DNA from: Craspedostauros australis
Lineage: Eukaryota
Length of the DNA stretch: 64,000 nt
Assembly (NCBI GenBank): GCA_030167865.1
Contig: JALAGF010001634.1
Coordinates: forward strand, 1 to 64,000
Reading direction: 5' to 3'
Shown here in pieces: positions 47,501-59,854 of this stretch. The position numbers and the translations under genes were made by a program. Every line of letters begins with the position of its first letter. Within the stretch, counting starts at the first letter, position 1. The notes under the pieces are model-generated. The model worked only from the letters and a program-made list of their open reading frames with translations. It made no database searches and was not told where the DNA came from.

Positions 47501-50045
47501 TGACAGCGACGATGAAGAAGATGGCAAGCAGGATGAGGACGAGAAGTTCGAAAAAGACAGTGCCCTGAAAGGAGAGACCGTGGAAGGCGAAACGAGGACG
47601 AAGGAGGAGGACGAAAAGGATGCATCTCAGGAGAAGGAAGGTGAGGACAAGCCTCAAGCTCATGACGATGATGGTGGCAAAGGGAATGAGAACAATCATG
47701 ACGATGATGGCGATGGCGATAGTGGCAATGACGAGGAGGACAAGGTCAACAACGACTATGAAGACAACTATGAGGATCAGCACGGAGTTGATGTGCGTGA
47801 CACGGACGGCGATGATGGCATGGACGATGACGAAGGAGATCAGAATGCAGAAAACGACAATGAAAATGAGAAGGACGGTGAACTTGATCTCGATGATAAC
47901 TTGCATTTGGATGGTGATGATGCGGACGGAGCTGAAGAGGAAAACCTTGACGATGACAGCAACGGTGACGATGGAGAATCTCCTGATGACGCAGCCGTCG
48001 AGATGATCGACCAAGATGAGGCTGGTGCCAAAGGCGGAGACGAGGATGAGGAGGACGGTGGCAATGATGACGATGAGGGGGCAGAACACGCAGCCAAACC
48101 TCTGGGAGCTGGCGTTGCGAATGTGGATGACAACGACGAAAATGAAGAAGAGACCAAGGAAGGAGATGAAGATGAAGAGGACAGCGCGCCGATCGACATC
48201 CCGAATCAAAACCGGGCTCCCGCAGAAAGCCATGGTGTCAAGGCAGCAGATGGGCAGGATGCTGTCATGGATGATGGCGAAGAAGACGAAGGCAACGAAA
48301 ACGATATTGACAAAGACGATCAGAAAGCCGCGGCCGACAAGGAGATCATGGACACAGGTGCCGATAATGCAAACCAGGCAGACGCGTCACAGGATGATGC
48401 CAACGGGAATGGTGGCTACAGTCAGAGCCAGGGCGCCACGAACGATGGGAATGACAATGATCAAGACAAGAATCGGTCCGAAGTCCCAAATCCATTCAAG
48501 AATCCCGGAGACGCCAACGAATACTGGCACAAGCGACTGAATGTCGTCCAGAGCGATCAGAACGAGCAGATGGATGATTCCGGTCGCGATCAAGGAGACG
48601 ATGCAAACGACCTGGACGAACAAGACGATGTCAACATGAACGACGTCCCCAATGGTGAATTCGAGTACACTGAGAACAAGGAAGAGAATTCCACGCAGGT
48701 GCTGGGAGAAGTCGCAGAAGAGCAGGCTGTTCAGATCCCACGTCCTCCAGACCAGGATGATGGCAACGGCGACGATGAGACGGAAGACGCCGAAAACGCC
48801 AAACAGGACGAGGATGCGCAACCACGCGCCGAAGACAGCACAACGAGACAGAGAACCAGGAAGGGCGACCAGAATGAAAATACCGACCAAGCCGACGAGG
48901 AGAAGAAGCATGATCAGGACGATGAAATGAATGGAGACGAAGACATCATCATCGACGACGGCGACAAGGAACTGAAGGATGGTGACGATGACGATGACGA
49001 TGCCAACGCTGGTGATAGCAATGCCACCAATGAAAGCGATGGTGGTGATATCAACGAACGCAACAAGATCGTGAGCGACATGTCTCGCCTATCGGTCGAG
49101 AAGGATGCGTTTGCCACGAAAACAGAGATGGTCGTCGATGATCATTTTGTTGGAAGCAGCGCCGAGGAAATGACCGAGGCGAGAACACGGTGGTTGGCGA
49201 TACAAAGCGATACATTCTCCTTATCGCGTCGCCTGTGCGAGAAACTGCGGCTCGTGATGGAGCCACTGGTTGCGTCCAAGCTGCGAGGAGATTACAGGAC
49301 CGGGAAGAGGATCAACATGAAGCGTGTCATCGGTTACATCGCCAGCGGGTACCGCAAGGACAAGATCTGGTTGCGACGCACCAAACCAGCGAAAAGGAAC
49401 TACCGTGTGCTCGTGGCAGTGGATGATTCGGAAAGCATGCTGAAGAGCGGAGCGGGAGACATGGCGTTGCGTGCCATGGCGACGCTTGCTGTCGGCATGA
49501 ATCAGCTTGAAATTGGCGAGCTTGGCGTTGCCAGTTTCGGCAATGAGATGAAGCTCATCCATCCTTTCCACCTGCCCTTCACATCCGAGAGCGGCGTGGA
49601 AGCTGTCCGGAACTTCAAGTTTGACCAGCAGCGCACCCGCACATCGCTTTGCGTGGAGGGGGCGATAAATGCCCTCGACATGCCAGGAGAAAATGCATCC
49701 ATGCAGCTCGTCTTCCTCATCAGCGATGGACGGATCGAAAGAGACAGCCGAGTTGAGTTGAAACGACTCGTCCGCGAGATGCTGGAACGCAACATCCTCT
49801 TGGCCATGATCATAGTCGAAGGCAATGATGAGAATGGGAAGCAAAAGAAGGACAACATCCTGAACATGAAGGAAGTCTCCTTCGTCAAGGGAAAGCCAGT
49901 CGTCAAGAGGTTCATCGAAGATTATCCATTCCCATATTACATGGTACTTGATGACATGGCGGCCTTGCCCGAAGTGCTCGGCGACGCGCTCAAGCAGTGG
50001 TACGAGATGATAACGCACCTGCACAGCGGCGCCTCGTCCGCTTAG
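32118..50045 (+). CDS. MDN1: Midasin (Rea1), AAA+ ATPase for pre-60S maturation; single exon, about 5975 aa
   Basis: Walker A motifs GRTGSGKS, GETGCGKT, GPTSAGKT, GETGCGKT and GSPGVGKT; Walker B motifs LLDEINLA, ILDELNLA and LLDEMSLA; repeated FRLFA(T/A)xNP; a long linker; a D/E-rich tail; and a C-terminal MIDAS/vWA domain (LRGDYRTGKRINMK, VAVDDSESM, ISDG). Confidence 0.98.
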
Positions 50046-50483
50046 ACAGACATTGTACCATACTCTGCACATTGAAAGACTCTACTCGTGAGTTTCTTCG
50101 TGCTCGCACGCTGCTTTGCATGTGGTCCTAAAGTGTGCGTATTTATGTTTATATTTAGAATGTAGGTGTCATATGGTAGTATGTGTATGCCGGCCGATTG
50201 AATCCTTCTGTTGCGGCCACGGGTTTTCTCTCTCTCTCTTCGTTTGCATTGTTGTTTGGCTTCATGCATGGCACCAGTACTCGGACGGACTCTCTATGTG
50301 CGGTTGTACGAGTATGGTATGGTGTGTATCTGTGTGCTTGTGTATCTGTGTATCGTCTGTACGTGAATGTTCGTATGGTGGTTTGTTGGTGTGTTTGTTG
50401 GTCGGTTGGTGCGTGTGCGTGTGCGTGTGTGCATGTAAGGGTATGTTTCGTTCTGCTTTGTGGGGGGCGCACATCTGCCCTGA

Positions 50484-51272
50484 TCAGCACACGTTCCTCA
50501 CGGATCCAACGCTCAGCATTCGCAAGGCCTTCTTGGTTGCCTCCTGCTCACGATCAATGTACATCTGACATTTGAAGTCAGCAATCGTCTCGAATTCATC
50601 CTCGGCCGAAATGATCTCCACCTTGCGCGAAGTCTCAGCCATCTGTTCCTTCGGTCTGATGGAAACCAGTGTCGTTGGGGGACTTCGCATTTCTTTCTCA
50701 GCCCGACGGCGCTCCTTGTACTGCAGCACCATGTTCTTCCTGATGGCGGCGGCGTCCGATGAGCTCGGCCTCATGGGGAGGGTTCCTCCAACGGTCTCAT
50801 TCATCATGGACAGGGCCTTTGCTTCCGCGCCACGATTGCGCTCGCTGCTCCGCTGCCTCTTCCCCAGCTCCGACGGCAATTCGAGTCCAGACATGCCTCT
50901 TGATCTGCCAGATGCATAGGAGTCCGGTGTCACAGGTGCCGCCGCGTACGGAGATGTGGCCGTGTATCTGCTCTGTCTGGTGCTCCCGGTCGTTTGACGG
51001 CTGTGGGCACTGTGAGGACTGTGGCGGCTGTGACGGCTGTGACGGCTGTGACCGCTGTAGTTACTGTAGTTACTGTGACCGCTGTGGCCACTATGGCTAC
51101 TGTGTGGGCTTGCATAGTACTCAGGAGAGATGGCGGCGCGGTACTTCTCAGTCATGTTGCTGTCGAAGGATCCTGCAGGAGACAGCATCCCGTAGCTTGT
51201 CGTCTCGCTCCCTCCGGATGGGGAGTTGACGATCATGACATGATCGTATGGTCTTGGGGTAAGGTTCGACAT
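50484..51272 (-). CDS. Hypothetical Ser/His-rich protein, about 262 aa
   Basis: ORF from the ATG at 51272 (MSNLTPRPYDH...) with a tripeptide run HSSHSGHSGHSNYSNYSGHSRHSRHSRHSPHSAHSR. The upstream in-frame extension looks like UTR. Confidence 0.65.
   Translation of the reverse strand: MSNLTPRPYDHVMIVNSPSGGSETTSYGMLSPAGSFDSNMTEKYRAAISPEYYASPHSSHSGHSGHSNYSNYSGHSRHSRHSRHSPHSAHSRQTTGSTRQSRYTATSPYAAAPVTPDSYASGRSRGMSGLELPSELGKRQRSSERNRGAEAKALSMMNETVGGTLPMRPSSSDAAAIRKNMVLQYKERRRAEKEMRSPPTTLVSIRPKEQMAETSRKVEIISAEDEFETIADFKCQMYIDREQEATKKALRMLSVGSVRNVC
50996..51106. repeat. Degenerate 9-bp coding tandem repeat (about 12 units)
   Basis: Units such as tgacggctg, tgaccgctg and tagttactg on the + strand encode (H/Y)Sx triplets on the - strand. 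Confidence 0.8.
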
Positions 51273-53608
51273 CTCGTTGCGTGTTGCTTGTTGCTTGTTG
51301 GCTGTTGGCTGTTGCGAGTTGCAAGTTACGAGTTGTGGGTTGTGGGTTGTTATGAATGTCGAAAATGTCGTGAATGTCGTGAATGCTGGACAAGCGAAGG
51401 ACTGTATCGCCTGTTTGGTGGCGCAGAGGATGGTTGAGCTGACGAGATTGCTTTTTATGATGGCAAGGTGAGTGCAAACATGGGAATGGAAGTGTGTGCG
51501 CACGTGAATGTGCATGTGCCCTTTCCGATGTTTGCATGGATAGTCCGCATCGCTCTCTGCACCTCGACTCGTATTGTGGATCTGTTTGGGATACCACGAC
51601 CATACGTGGATGGTACAACTGCGCACTTTGCTTTTGTTCTTTGTTTCTCTCTCTGGGTCACTTTCTCGATTCATCACCGAATCGATTGGTTGGATGGAGG
51701 CTCTGTGTGTTCCGGATCTTGGCCAGGTTGTTGTTCCTGTTTACGAACCACGCCACGGCCATTTTGTTTGGACACTCACGTCTCAAATTTCTGAAAACGG
51801 ACTGATCAACGAGTTTTGTGATCTTGTTTGGTCCCCGAGCGCGCGAGTTTCGTGATTGGAATACACATTTGTATCCGGATCCGTATACACGTATAACGTG
51901 TAATTTTGGTCATTTGCATGATTCAGATCACCAAGTCCCACAACAGTTGGTATCTTCTGCGAGAACGCGCCAAAATTGGACATGGGGCACTAACCCAAGA
52001 TTCCGACCCCACACATCACCAACCTCCCACCAAGGACAGCCAACCTTCCCCAGATGTCCTTCGGAACTTGCCACAAGAATCAAATGAGGCAAGGTCCGAT
52101 GGGATGGTCAAGTCCCAGCGGCATCAGGATCGACACCGCCGACAAGAGCAATAGTGAGTGTGTGTGCATCACTTTTGGTACTCCAAGTGCAAACGCATTG
52201 AGTCTCGGGTACAGTGCTCTGCTCCACAGATACTCCACTCCTATACTTTTATATATGATATTTTACTTAATTTTATTATATTGAAGTATTTCATCTATTA
52301 TCACATTGTACGAGGACTTGTGGCAACCATCGGAGTCCAATGGACGCCATGCCGCAGCACAGCAATGAGCTGGAATTCTGCCTCCGTCTTTGCACGCAGC
52401 GGGGTGGAAGATGGGCTTCCCCACCCGAACTCTACGGGGTGGTACATCATGCTGGGAACAACAATGTGAGAGACGCCCCTGTTGTCGTTTTGCTGTTTCA
52501 AATTGAAAACCGCTGCAAGAGCCATGACTTCGTTGATGTCACATGAGGTGATGTGCCAAATCGCACAAGCAAGAGAAATTCCGTGTACTCAGCAGACATC
52601 AAATTTAGATTCAAACCTGATTGGCTGTTGCACAGACTCCATCACTCGAGGGCACCACGTTCCATCGTGCAGTGCTCTAACTGCATTTGTGCTTGAATGC
52701 AGATACAATACTATTCTGTTAGATACGACACAGGCGACAAATTCCGAAGTGGCGGATTGCCTGGGGTGAGTTGGAGTGAGGTTCTCCTCTTGGAGTTTTT
52801 GTGGTTGGTGTGGATTGGCTTTTTGGGTGATCCGTTGTGTGACAGTTACTGCACTTCTGCCCGTTGACATCTTGGACACAGGTTTGCTTGTTGCTTCAAA
52901 CTGTTTCATCCAACTGAAACGTTAGAATGTGTTAAATCACAATGTCTCATGACGTCATCTCGTTTATGGAGCTGAGTCGTTGCCGGTGCTGTTCGAACAA
53001 TCAAAATTCAAACTCCTCACAAATTCAAACTCAGCAGCATTCCGTTGCCACACTGTGCACAACCACAACGGATGCTACCCGATGCCATCAAAACAAATCA
53101 GAGGCACCAATTGAGAACCACCATCGAAACAAACGCAGACACAAGCAAAAACAAAAATACTCTGCGGCCATCAGCACCAACAACATCAGAACCAGTGGCA
53201 ACAACACCAACCCCCATAACTTCGCAGTGGATACAAATCATCCCACGACGCCATCATCGCTCTTTCCTGAGTTATTGCTGCGCCTCGAATTCATAATAAA
53301 ACGCAGCCTTCCAACCAATACGAGCTACTGCTGGGATCAGCCACAGTTCTACAACATCAATTTTCTCAAGAACAGCAATCTCTTTGTTCAGAAACGACAA
53401 CAAAGTTGACCCACCAAGATACACGAAGAGCAAGAAGAAACGAAAAGACAACAGATCGACAGGACAGAACCAAGCGCAGACTCTTTCTTTCGCTAGCACG
53501 AGAGCATTCGAAGATACATCAACGGGCACTTTCGAGTACATACCCGCAATCGGATTCGACCCCGCCATCACACGTGATAACCATCGCCATCGAACAGAGC
53601 AAAGCAAG

Positions 53609-54537
53609 ATGACATCGGTTGTTGCAATGCCACTCTGTCCACAGCACTGCGCAACCCACACTACGATCCTGAACCAATCAGCACAAATGGATGCGGGCGT
53701 CACATCTGCCAAACAGGGCTCGGAATCACAAACGCCTGCATTCTCGCAGTGTCCATCGTTGTCCCAGCGGAGCGACGCAGCAAGCAACGGAGATGACTTC
53801 CTCGCGTATTTGTTCGCTACGGATACATGCGGTAAGTGTTCTCCGCCGTCCAGGATGCTTGTTGGTGCGCACATACCTTCACAAGACTGTGGCAGCATGA
53901 ACGTCCAGACGCAAAACTTGCATATGCAGAAAGTGCCACCGCTTGATGATGTGGACCCTAAGTTCGCTCAAACATTCGTCATTTGTCATTCATCTGTCAA
54001 CTCAACATTACCATCTTTGCTCACCGCCCGTCGACTCGAATTTGACCAAATCGCACCGGCTCTTGTATCACGACATCAACTCCAACAGTGACTAACCAAC
54101 CGTACCTGGTCCACAGAAAGCTGCTTCGGCGGCGACACGTAATGAAGGAACAGACGCAAAGGCGCAGGATTGCGCAAGAGCTGCGACAACAACAGCAGCT
54201 GCAGAGCGAGCAGCAGGAGCATGAGCGAGAAGACGCTCAGCTGGTTGCGGCACGACGTCGTCAGCCAAAGAGGGCGGCTACCGGCATGTGGGAAGGGGGA
54301 ATGAGCACAACAGCAAGTGATGACGCTGATCGAGCACGCTATGTTGGCACGCAGCAACAGCACACACGCGTTCTGCCTTCGCAACAACCATCGCAATTTC
54401 CATTCTCTGCAACGGAATCAAACCCTCCCACTCCATGCACCTCCGTGGCAGAGCACTCGCACAATGAAGGCGTATGCAACACCGGAGTTGAGAGCTTCCA
54501 ATTGAGACCTGACAAACGACGACGAATGATGAACTGA
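53609..54537 (+). CDS. Hypothetical protein, 2 exons (53609-53831, 54089-54537), about 223 aa
   Basis: A GTAAGT donor at 53832 and a CCAACAG acceptor ending at 54088 join FLAYLFATDTC to VTNQPYLVHRKLLRRR in frame. R/Q-rich helical segment and a basic C-terminus (KRRRMMN). Confidence 0.5.
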
Positions 54538-55030
54538 ACTCGTTCCGCGAATGAAAGGAGGGCCATTTATGCTTGTTGTCAGAGAATGGAACGGTTGGAT
54601 CGAGACCACGTACGAACGAGCCGGTGCATTCGACCATGCCACGCTGAACGTGAGACGAGGAGAATCACCGAAAAGAACGATGAAATCAAATCATACCATG
54701 TTGCGCGACATGCCGCTACCCAATACCATAGTCGTACCATACCAAAACAAGACAACGCCAACAATAAAAAATAGGGAATACAAGCAAAGACTACACCAAC
54801 AAGAGTACTCTTCTCCACCATACCACTCTACTACTACACCACGAACAAGAACTGCTACCGTGCTGATTATCACAATGTTCTCACAACCGCGTTTCTGTTC
54901 CGCATCTATCTCAACTCTACAATAACGCAGAGTAGAGCAGACAGCGTCGCACGATGCGCAGCGTATTGCATGAGTTGATATGACGCGCACTCGAACGCCT
55001 GCTCTTCAGACCGTTTGTTGTGTTTGTGTG

Positions 55031-57185
55031 CTAGCGTTTCTTGCGGAGAAGAATGACGGATGATGCCAGAAAGGATGATGCCGCCACCGCAGTGGCAACG
55101 GTGAGGATATTCTCGATGGAGTACAGCTCTTGGTTGGACAGAGACGACAGCCACGGTTGCCTTGACGGCACCGAAGAAGAGCTCAGCATGCTTCTTCCCG
55201 TGCGCACATCATCTTTCTCCACTTCTTCACTCGCTGAATGGTCCGCCGTTTCGTTGGGGTGGGCTGCGGGAGTGACAGCGCCGGTAGTGGTCACGCTCGT
55301 GGCAGAAGCAGAAGAAGCATGCGGCAACATGACGTCCTCGATGTCCAGGTGCGTAGCCAGGTCATGTTGAAGGGGTGTTCTTTCATCGTTCTTTGTACTG
55401 ACAACGGCCGGGGCGCCTTCACCCCCTTGCGTCTTCTTGACGAGCTGTCCGCAGGCCCCAGCAATGTCCGCTCCCATAGTCCTGCGGATGGTGCAAAACG
55501 CGCCGTAAGATGAGACAATCTTCTTGAATTCCTGCATGTGCTCATCGCTGGGACAGCGCAGCTTGTCCTTGACGTCAGTTGCATTGTACGGGATGAGGTT
55601 GACGACCAGTTGACGATTTTCGCACAGCTTTCCAAGTTGGTGGGCACACTTGAATGTCGATGACTCTCCCTCGACTGTACTCGTACATAGGTGAGATGAT
55701 TTTGGGCGGTTCCAAGAGAAAGCAACAACGCAGAATCGTCAAGGCATGCGATTGAGATGAGTTAGGAATCGAGTGAGGAGTGGAGCATGCAGCATGAGTA
55801 GACGTGGGAAAGAATCGAGCATGTCGACGGACCATGAATGAGCACACACACATACATGTGCACATATACATATACATGCACATACGCATGTACTGGAGAT
55901 GCTTCGAATAACGGCAGAATCACTTGGAGGAAACGAGAGAGAGAGAGACAGGGAGAACCTTGATGATTCCCTTCGCTGTCCTTGGATTGGAAACGAATGC
56001 ATTCGCAGGCGCCAAGAACATTGCAGACGCCACAGACATAGCTGCAGTGGCAACACCCACATAGAACTTACGCATGACGTATTCAATCATGGCACGGCGC
56101 CTCGCACTCTCTTTGGCGCGTTCCTCCTTGGTGTAATTACCCCCCACGCGTCTCCTGAGGTAGGCCATCATGTGACCGTCAAGGGCATCGATGAGGTCTT
56201 CGATGGGGTAGCGGGCGGCCGTTGGCACGATGGCGGTTCGGGCCTCTTGGTTGGGCGCATGCAGACTCAACGCCAGACCGACTTCCGGAAGGTCGGCGGT
56301 GAGCTTGCGAATTTGCGAAACGAGACCGACGGTCGACACCGTGACGCGGCCGTGCGCCAAATTCCATCGCTTGCGATCCATCATGCCGCGACAAGCTTCG
56401 ACGACGTTGCCGTAGTTGTCCAACGGCTCTCCCATCCCCATGAAGACGACGTTGCGCACCAGATCGATCTTCTTTGACTTATCCTCGCGCCGCATGTGCT
56501 CCTCCGCCAGGACGTAATCCGCGTGGACGAGCTGCTCCAGGATCTCGCCGGTCGTGAGGTTTCCGGAGAGCCCCATGGTGCCGGTGGCGCAGAATGTGCA
56601 GCCCATTGCGCAGCCGCACTGCGACGAGACGCAGAGACTGGCACGGCCCGAGCCTTTCTTGGCGTAGCGCATGATGACGCTCTCCACCACCTGACCGTCA
56701 TGCAGCTGCACGATGAGCTTGGTGGTGGAGCGGTCCTTCGAGGTGATGCGCTCCCTGATCGTCGACGTGGTCGTGACGAAATCCTGCGTGGTTGTGAGGT
56801 ACTCCAGCAACACCTTGGGCAGCTGCGAGCGGTTCTTGTTCTTGCGCGAAGTGATTTTGTTCTTCAGCGGTCTTGCGATCATGCCTCCAGCAGTTGAACC
56901 TGCAGTTGGGCCTGCAGATAATCCTGCTGTTGAGCCGGCATTCGGACCATTCATGTCATTCTCCACATCCTCACCACGCTCGTACGCGTAGTAATTGTCC
57001 ACAAACCTCCGCAACGATGGGTAGTGCTGTCGATGCATCGCCTGGTAGAATGCGTCCATGTGGATCTTCTTGACGGCGATGCCCTCGTCATCCAACGCCT
57101 GCTTCAAGGCCTTGCGGTCGAGGATGGAGTTGGGACTGGGAGCCCTGCGCCGACCCCTCACTTGGCCTGCGTACGACTTCGCCAT
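55031..57185 (-). CDS. rlmN: RlmN/Cfr-family radical SAM RNA methyltransferase, 2 exons (57185-56072, 55674-55031), about 585 aa, with a C-terminal hydrophobic tail
   Basis: SLCVSSQCGCAMGCTFC (CxxxCxxC), VFMGMGEPL, VTVSTVG, LALSLHAP, IEYVML, VNLIPYN and DIAGACGQL. The GT-AG intron 56071-55675 joins the exons in frame. Confidence 0.93.
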
Positions 57186-58350
57186 GATTCGTCTTCTTGC
57201 TGCAAGTCGAAGTGCTGGAATGAGTGGGTGAGCCTGTCTCTCCTCTCTTGCAATCCTCCCCTCCAACACCGGTGCTTCCTGACCAGAGTCGAGTGCTCTC
57301 TACTCTCTGGAGCAATTGACCTTCTATGTGTACGACCGACTGCACGGAGGTACTATACTTCCGTTCCGTTGGTGTCTGCCGCTCCTTCCTGAGGCTTTTT
57401 GGCCATTGTTGGTGCGTTGGCAGAGTTGTCGTGTTATGGTCGGTGTTGTGTTGTGTCCAGTGTTGCTCGTGGTCCACGTTTCGTTTGGTTTGTTCGTCCG
57501 TGACTCTTCTGTGACAAGACTCATTCCCAATCACGAACTCACGGGAGTGCAATAGATTCTCTGCGATCGCAGAATCTTGGCCAAGGTTTGCAAGTGATGT
57601 GGAGTATTAGAGTAGAGTGGAGTAGAGTCCTAGCAGATTACTAATGCGCAGACTGTTGAGGTATATGATGACTCTAGTTGACGGCGCGTTTGTCAAAGTC
57701 CTGCCTCAACCCATAGAAGCACCTATGGACACGTTGAGCGAGAATGGTTCACTGAACCGAGTCCGGCAACATTCTCCAAGCAGCAACACTCCGCCCATCT
57801 CTTGGCGTACCTTCAGAGGGAGGAGAAGAAGGAAGTGGAGCAACGAGCACAATGGAGTACGTTCTATTATAGATCTTTACCTCGACGACAAGGCAGAAGA
57901 ACACTTTGGCCATCTTGGAGTGCTCTGGGGAACTTCTTTTGTCGCAGTGGAGACATCATTCTCCTGCGCCGCGCTCTCGTGCCATCAGAGCTGCAGAAAG
58001 AGAGATGAAAATGACCGCAGCTGAAGTAAAGCATCTTACAACCTCCTCGTATGTGCATGCTCTACTTGTACGGAAGAAATAGGCTTGGAGACATCCCTTC
58101 TGGCTGCATCCGAAGCACCAGTGATATGAGTTGATTTCTTTTTGTTCGTGTTGTTGGAGAATCCGCATAGTTTCGGGATTATGCCGCAGATGTTGCCTCC
58201 ACGAAAACATTTCATCCAGTAGCGTGGCTACTGGTACACCTGTCGGCTCCGGCAAGTGCAATGTGTGGAGGGAAGTTGCTCCTCCATTGTCTTGCTTGTG
58301 CAAAAGACATCGGCTGAAACAGAGAAGAACTAGCACGAGCAGCTTCCTCC

Positions 58351-58391
58351 ATGGCATGCATGCATGCATGCATCCATCCATCCATCCATCC
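58351..58391. repeat. (CATG)n followed by (CATC)n microsatellite
   Basis: Sequence atggcatgcatgcatgcatgcatccatccatccatccatcc. Confidence 0.8.
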
Positions 58392-59854
58392 TTCTTTCCT
58401 TCCTTCCTACTTGTTCATAATATTGTAAGGAGTGGATGCTAGCATGACGGGCACACATCGGACATCCATCTGCACAACCTAACTCTCTAGAACAGAGCGT
58501 ACTATACGACTAACACTGCCTTCACACAACTATACCTACTCACTCAATACATGAATTGTGTTTGCTGACCGTTCGCAGAAACGTTGGCATGTGGTCGCCA
58601 AATCTCCATCCACTCATCCATCTGATCGAATCCGATCAGCCGGATTGTGGCCTCCACGGAGTCACCACAAAGCCGAGAAAAAATGTGTCGTGGTGACAAA
58701 AAAGAGTGGTCGTTTCGTGTTGGCAGACCATTTGGTTATGAGCTTGCTGCAACTTCATTCGTCACATGGGATTGATTATGATTGGACAATGAGCGTCACC
58801 GTCGACGTACGTATCATTCGACTTTATTCAGGTGCGAATACCGATCATCTCCACGTCCGAACGTGTGCCTCCGCTGTGTCGCTGCAGGCCACTGAAAACA
58901 ACAATGAGTCTTTTTCGGTCTTTCCGCGGAACACTGACCAACCAACCAATCAACCCACGAGCTGCGCATACGTGTGGCGTCTTCGTACTCGTGCACTCCG
59001 CCCATGAAGAGAGAGAGAGAGCAATGCGCTGCTTCCCCACCACGACCACTGCCGCCACGAGCACCATCGTGGTGTGGATGGTGCGCGGCCACCACAACAA
59101 TCACAACAATCACAACAGCGTCAACAAAAAAGACGGCGGCAACTGCGCGAAGAGCAACTCCCGCAGTTCTCATAAAATCAACTCCCTGACCCATTCTCAA
59201 CTTCTGAGGTACGTTCACCACGAGTGAGACGAACAGCGAGGACGCGACGAAACAACGGAAGCGTCGTATCAGTAGATGCAGTAGCAGCACATGGAGGACC
59301 CTGGCATGATCTGACCATGCTCCTCTGCCGCTGCCGCTGACGCTGACCAAGGTCGCAGTCGAGAAAGAATTCTGCGGTCGTCGATGAAAGATTCGCGGAG
59401 ACATCTCGTCGTCTTGTGATGATTCTCGGGAAGACATTGCTGAGGACACCCATCGGAGGTCCTGCCACAACATCTCATGTTATGTTACATCATGCCATGT
59501 CACAGCTTGAGATCACACGAGGTGATGCTCCTTGCAAACCCCCAACGAGATTCGGCGCCGCCACGTCCCCTCCATCCAGCCATTATTGTCTCCGCCGTGC
59601 ACACGCTTGGATCTCTCCGAACAGGAAGACCCCCAAAGCGGTGATTGTCGACCGCTAATGACGCTCACCGAACTGTCGTCTTTTCAATTCCGCAATTGCT
59701 TTCGCTCTACATCCATTTGCATGATTTCCATTGTGCATCACACGCGGATTCCTCGCCATCTCCTGCTCGCATGAACAATGCCGAACAATGCCAAACAACT
59801 CCAAAACAACAGCAAGGGAAAACCAACAAGCCCAACCAGTTGAAAACAGAAACC

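Noticed and set aside
46833..48233. 466-aa hydrophobic (I/V/L/F-rich) antisense ORF
   Set aside because: It is the reverse complement of midasin's D/E-rich tail, not a membrane protein.
51700..53380. Possible small gene or transposon relic (e.g. ORF 52301-52525)
   Set aside because: No RT, integrase or transposase motifs, terminal repeats or convincing splice model could be found by eye.
57500..59800. Short ORFs and a C-box-like GTGATGA...CTGA near 59416-59444 (snoRNA?)
   Set aside because: The ORFs lack coding signal, and the box spacing is too short for a C/D snoRNA. An Infernal/Rfam scan would settle it.
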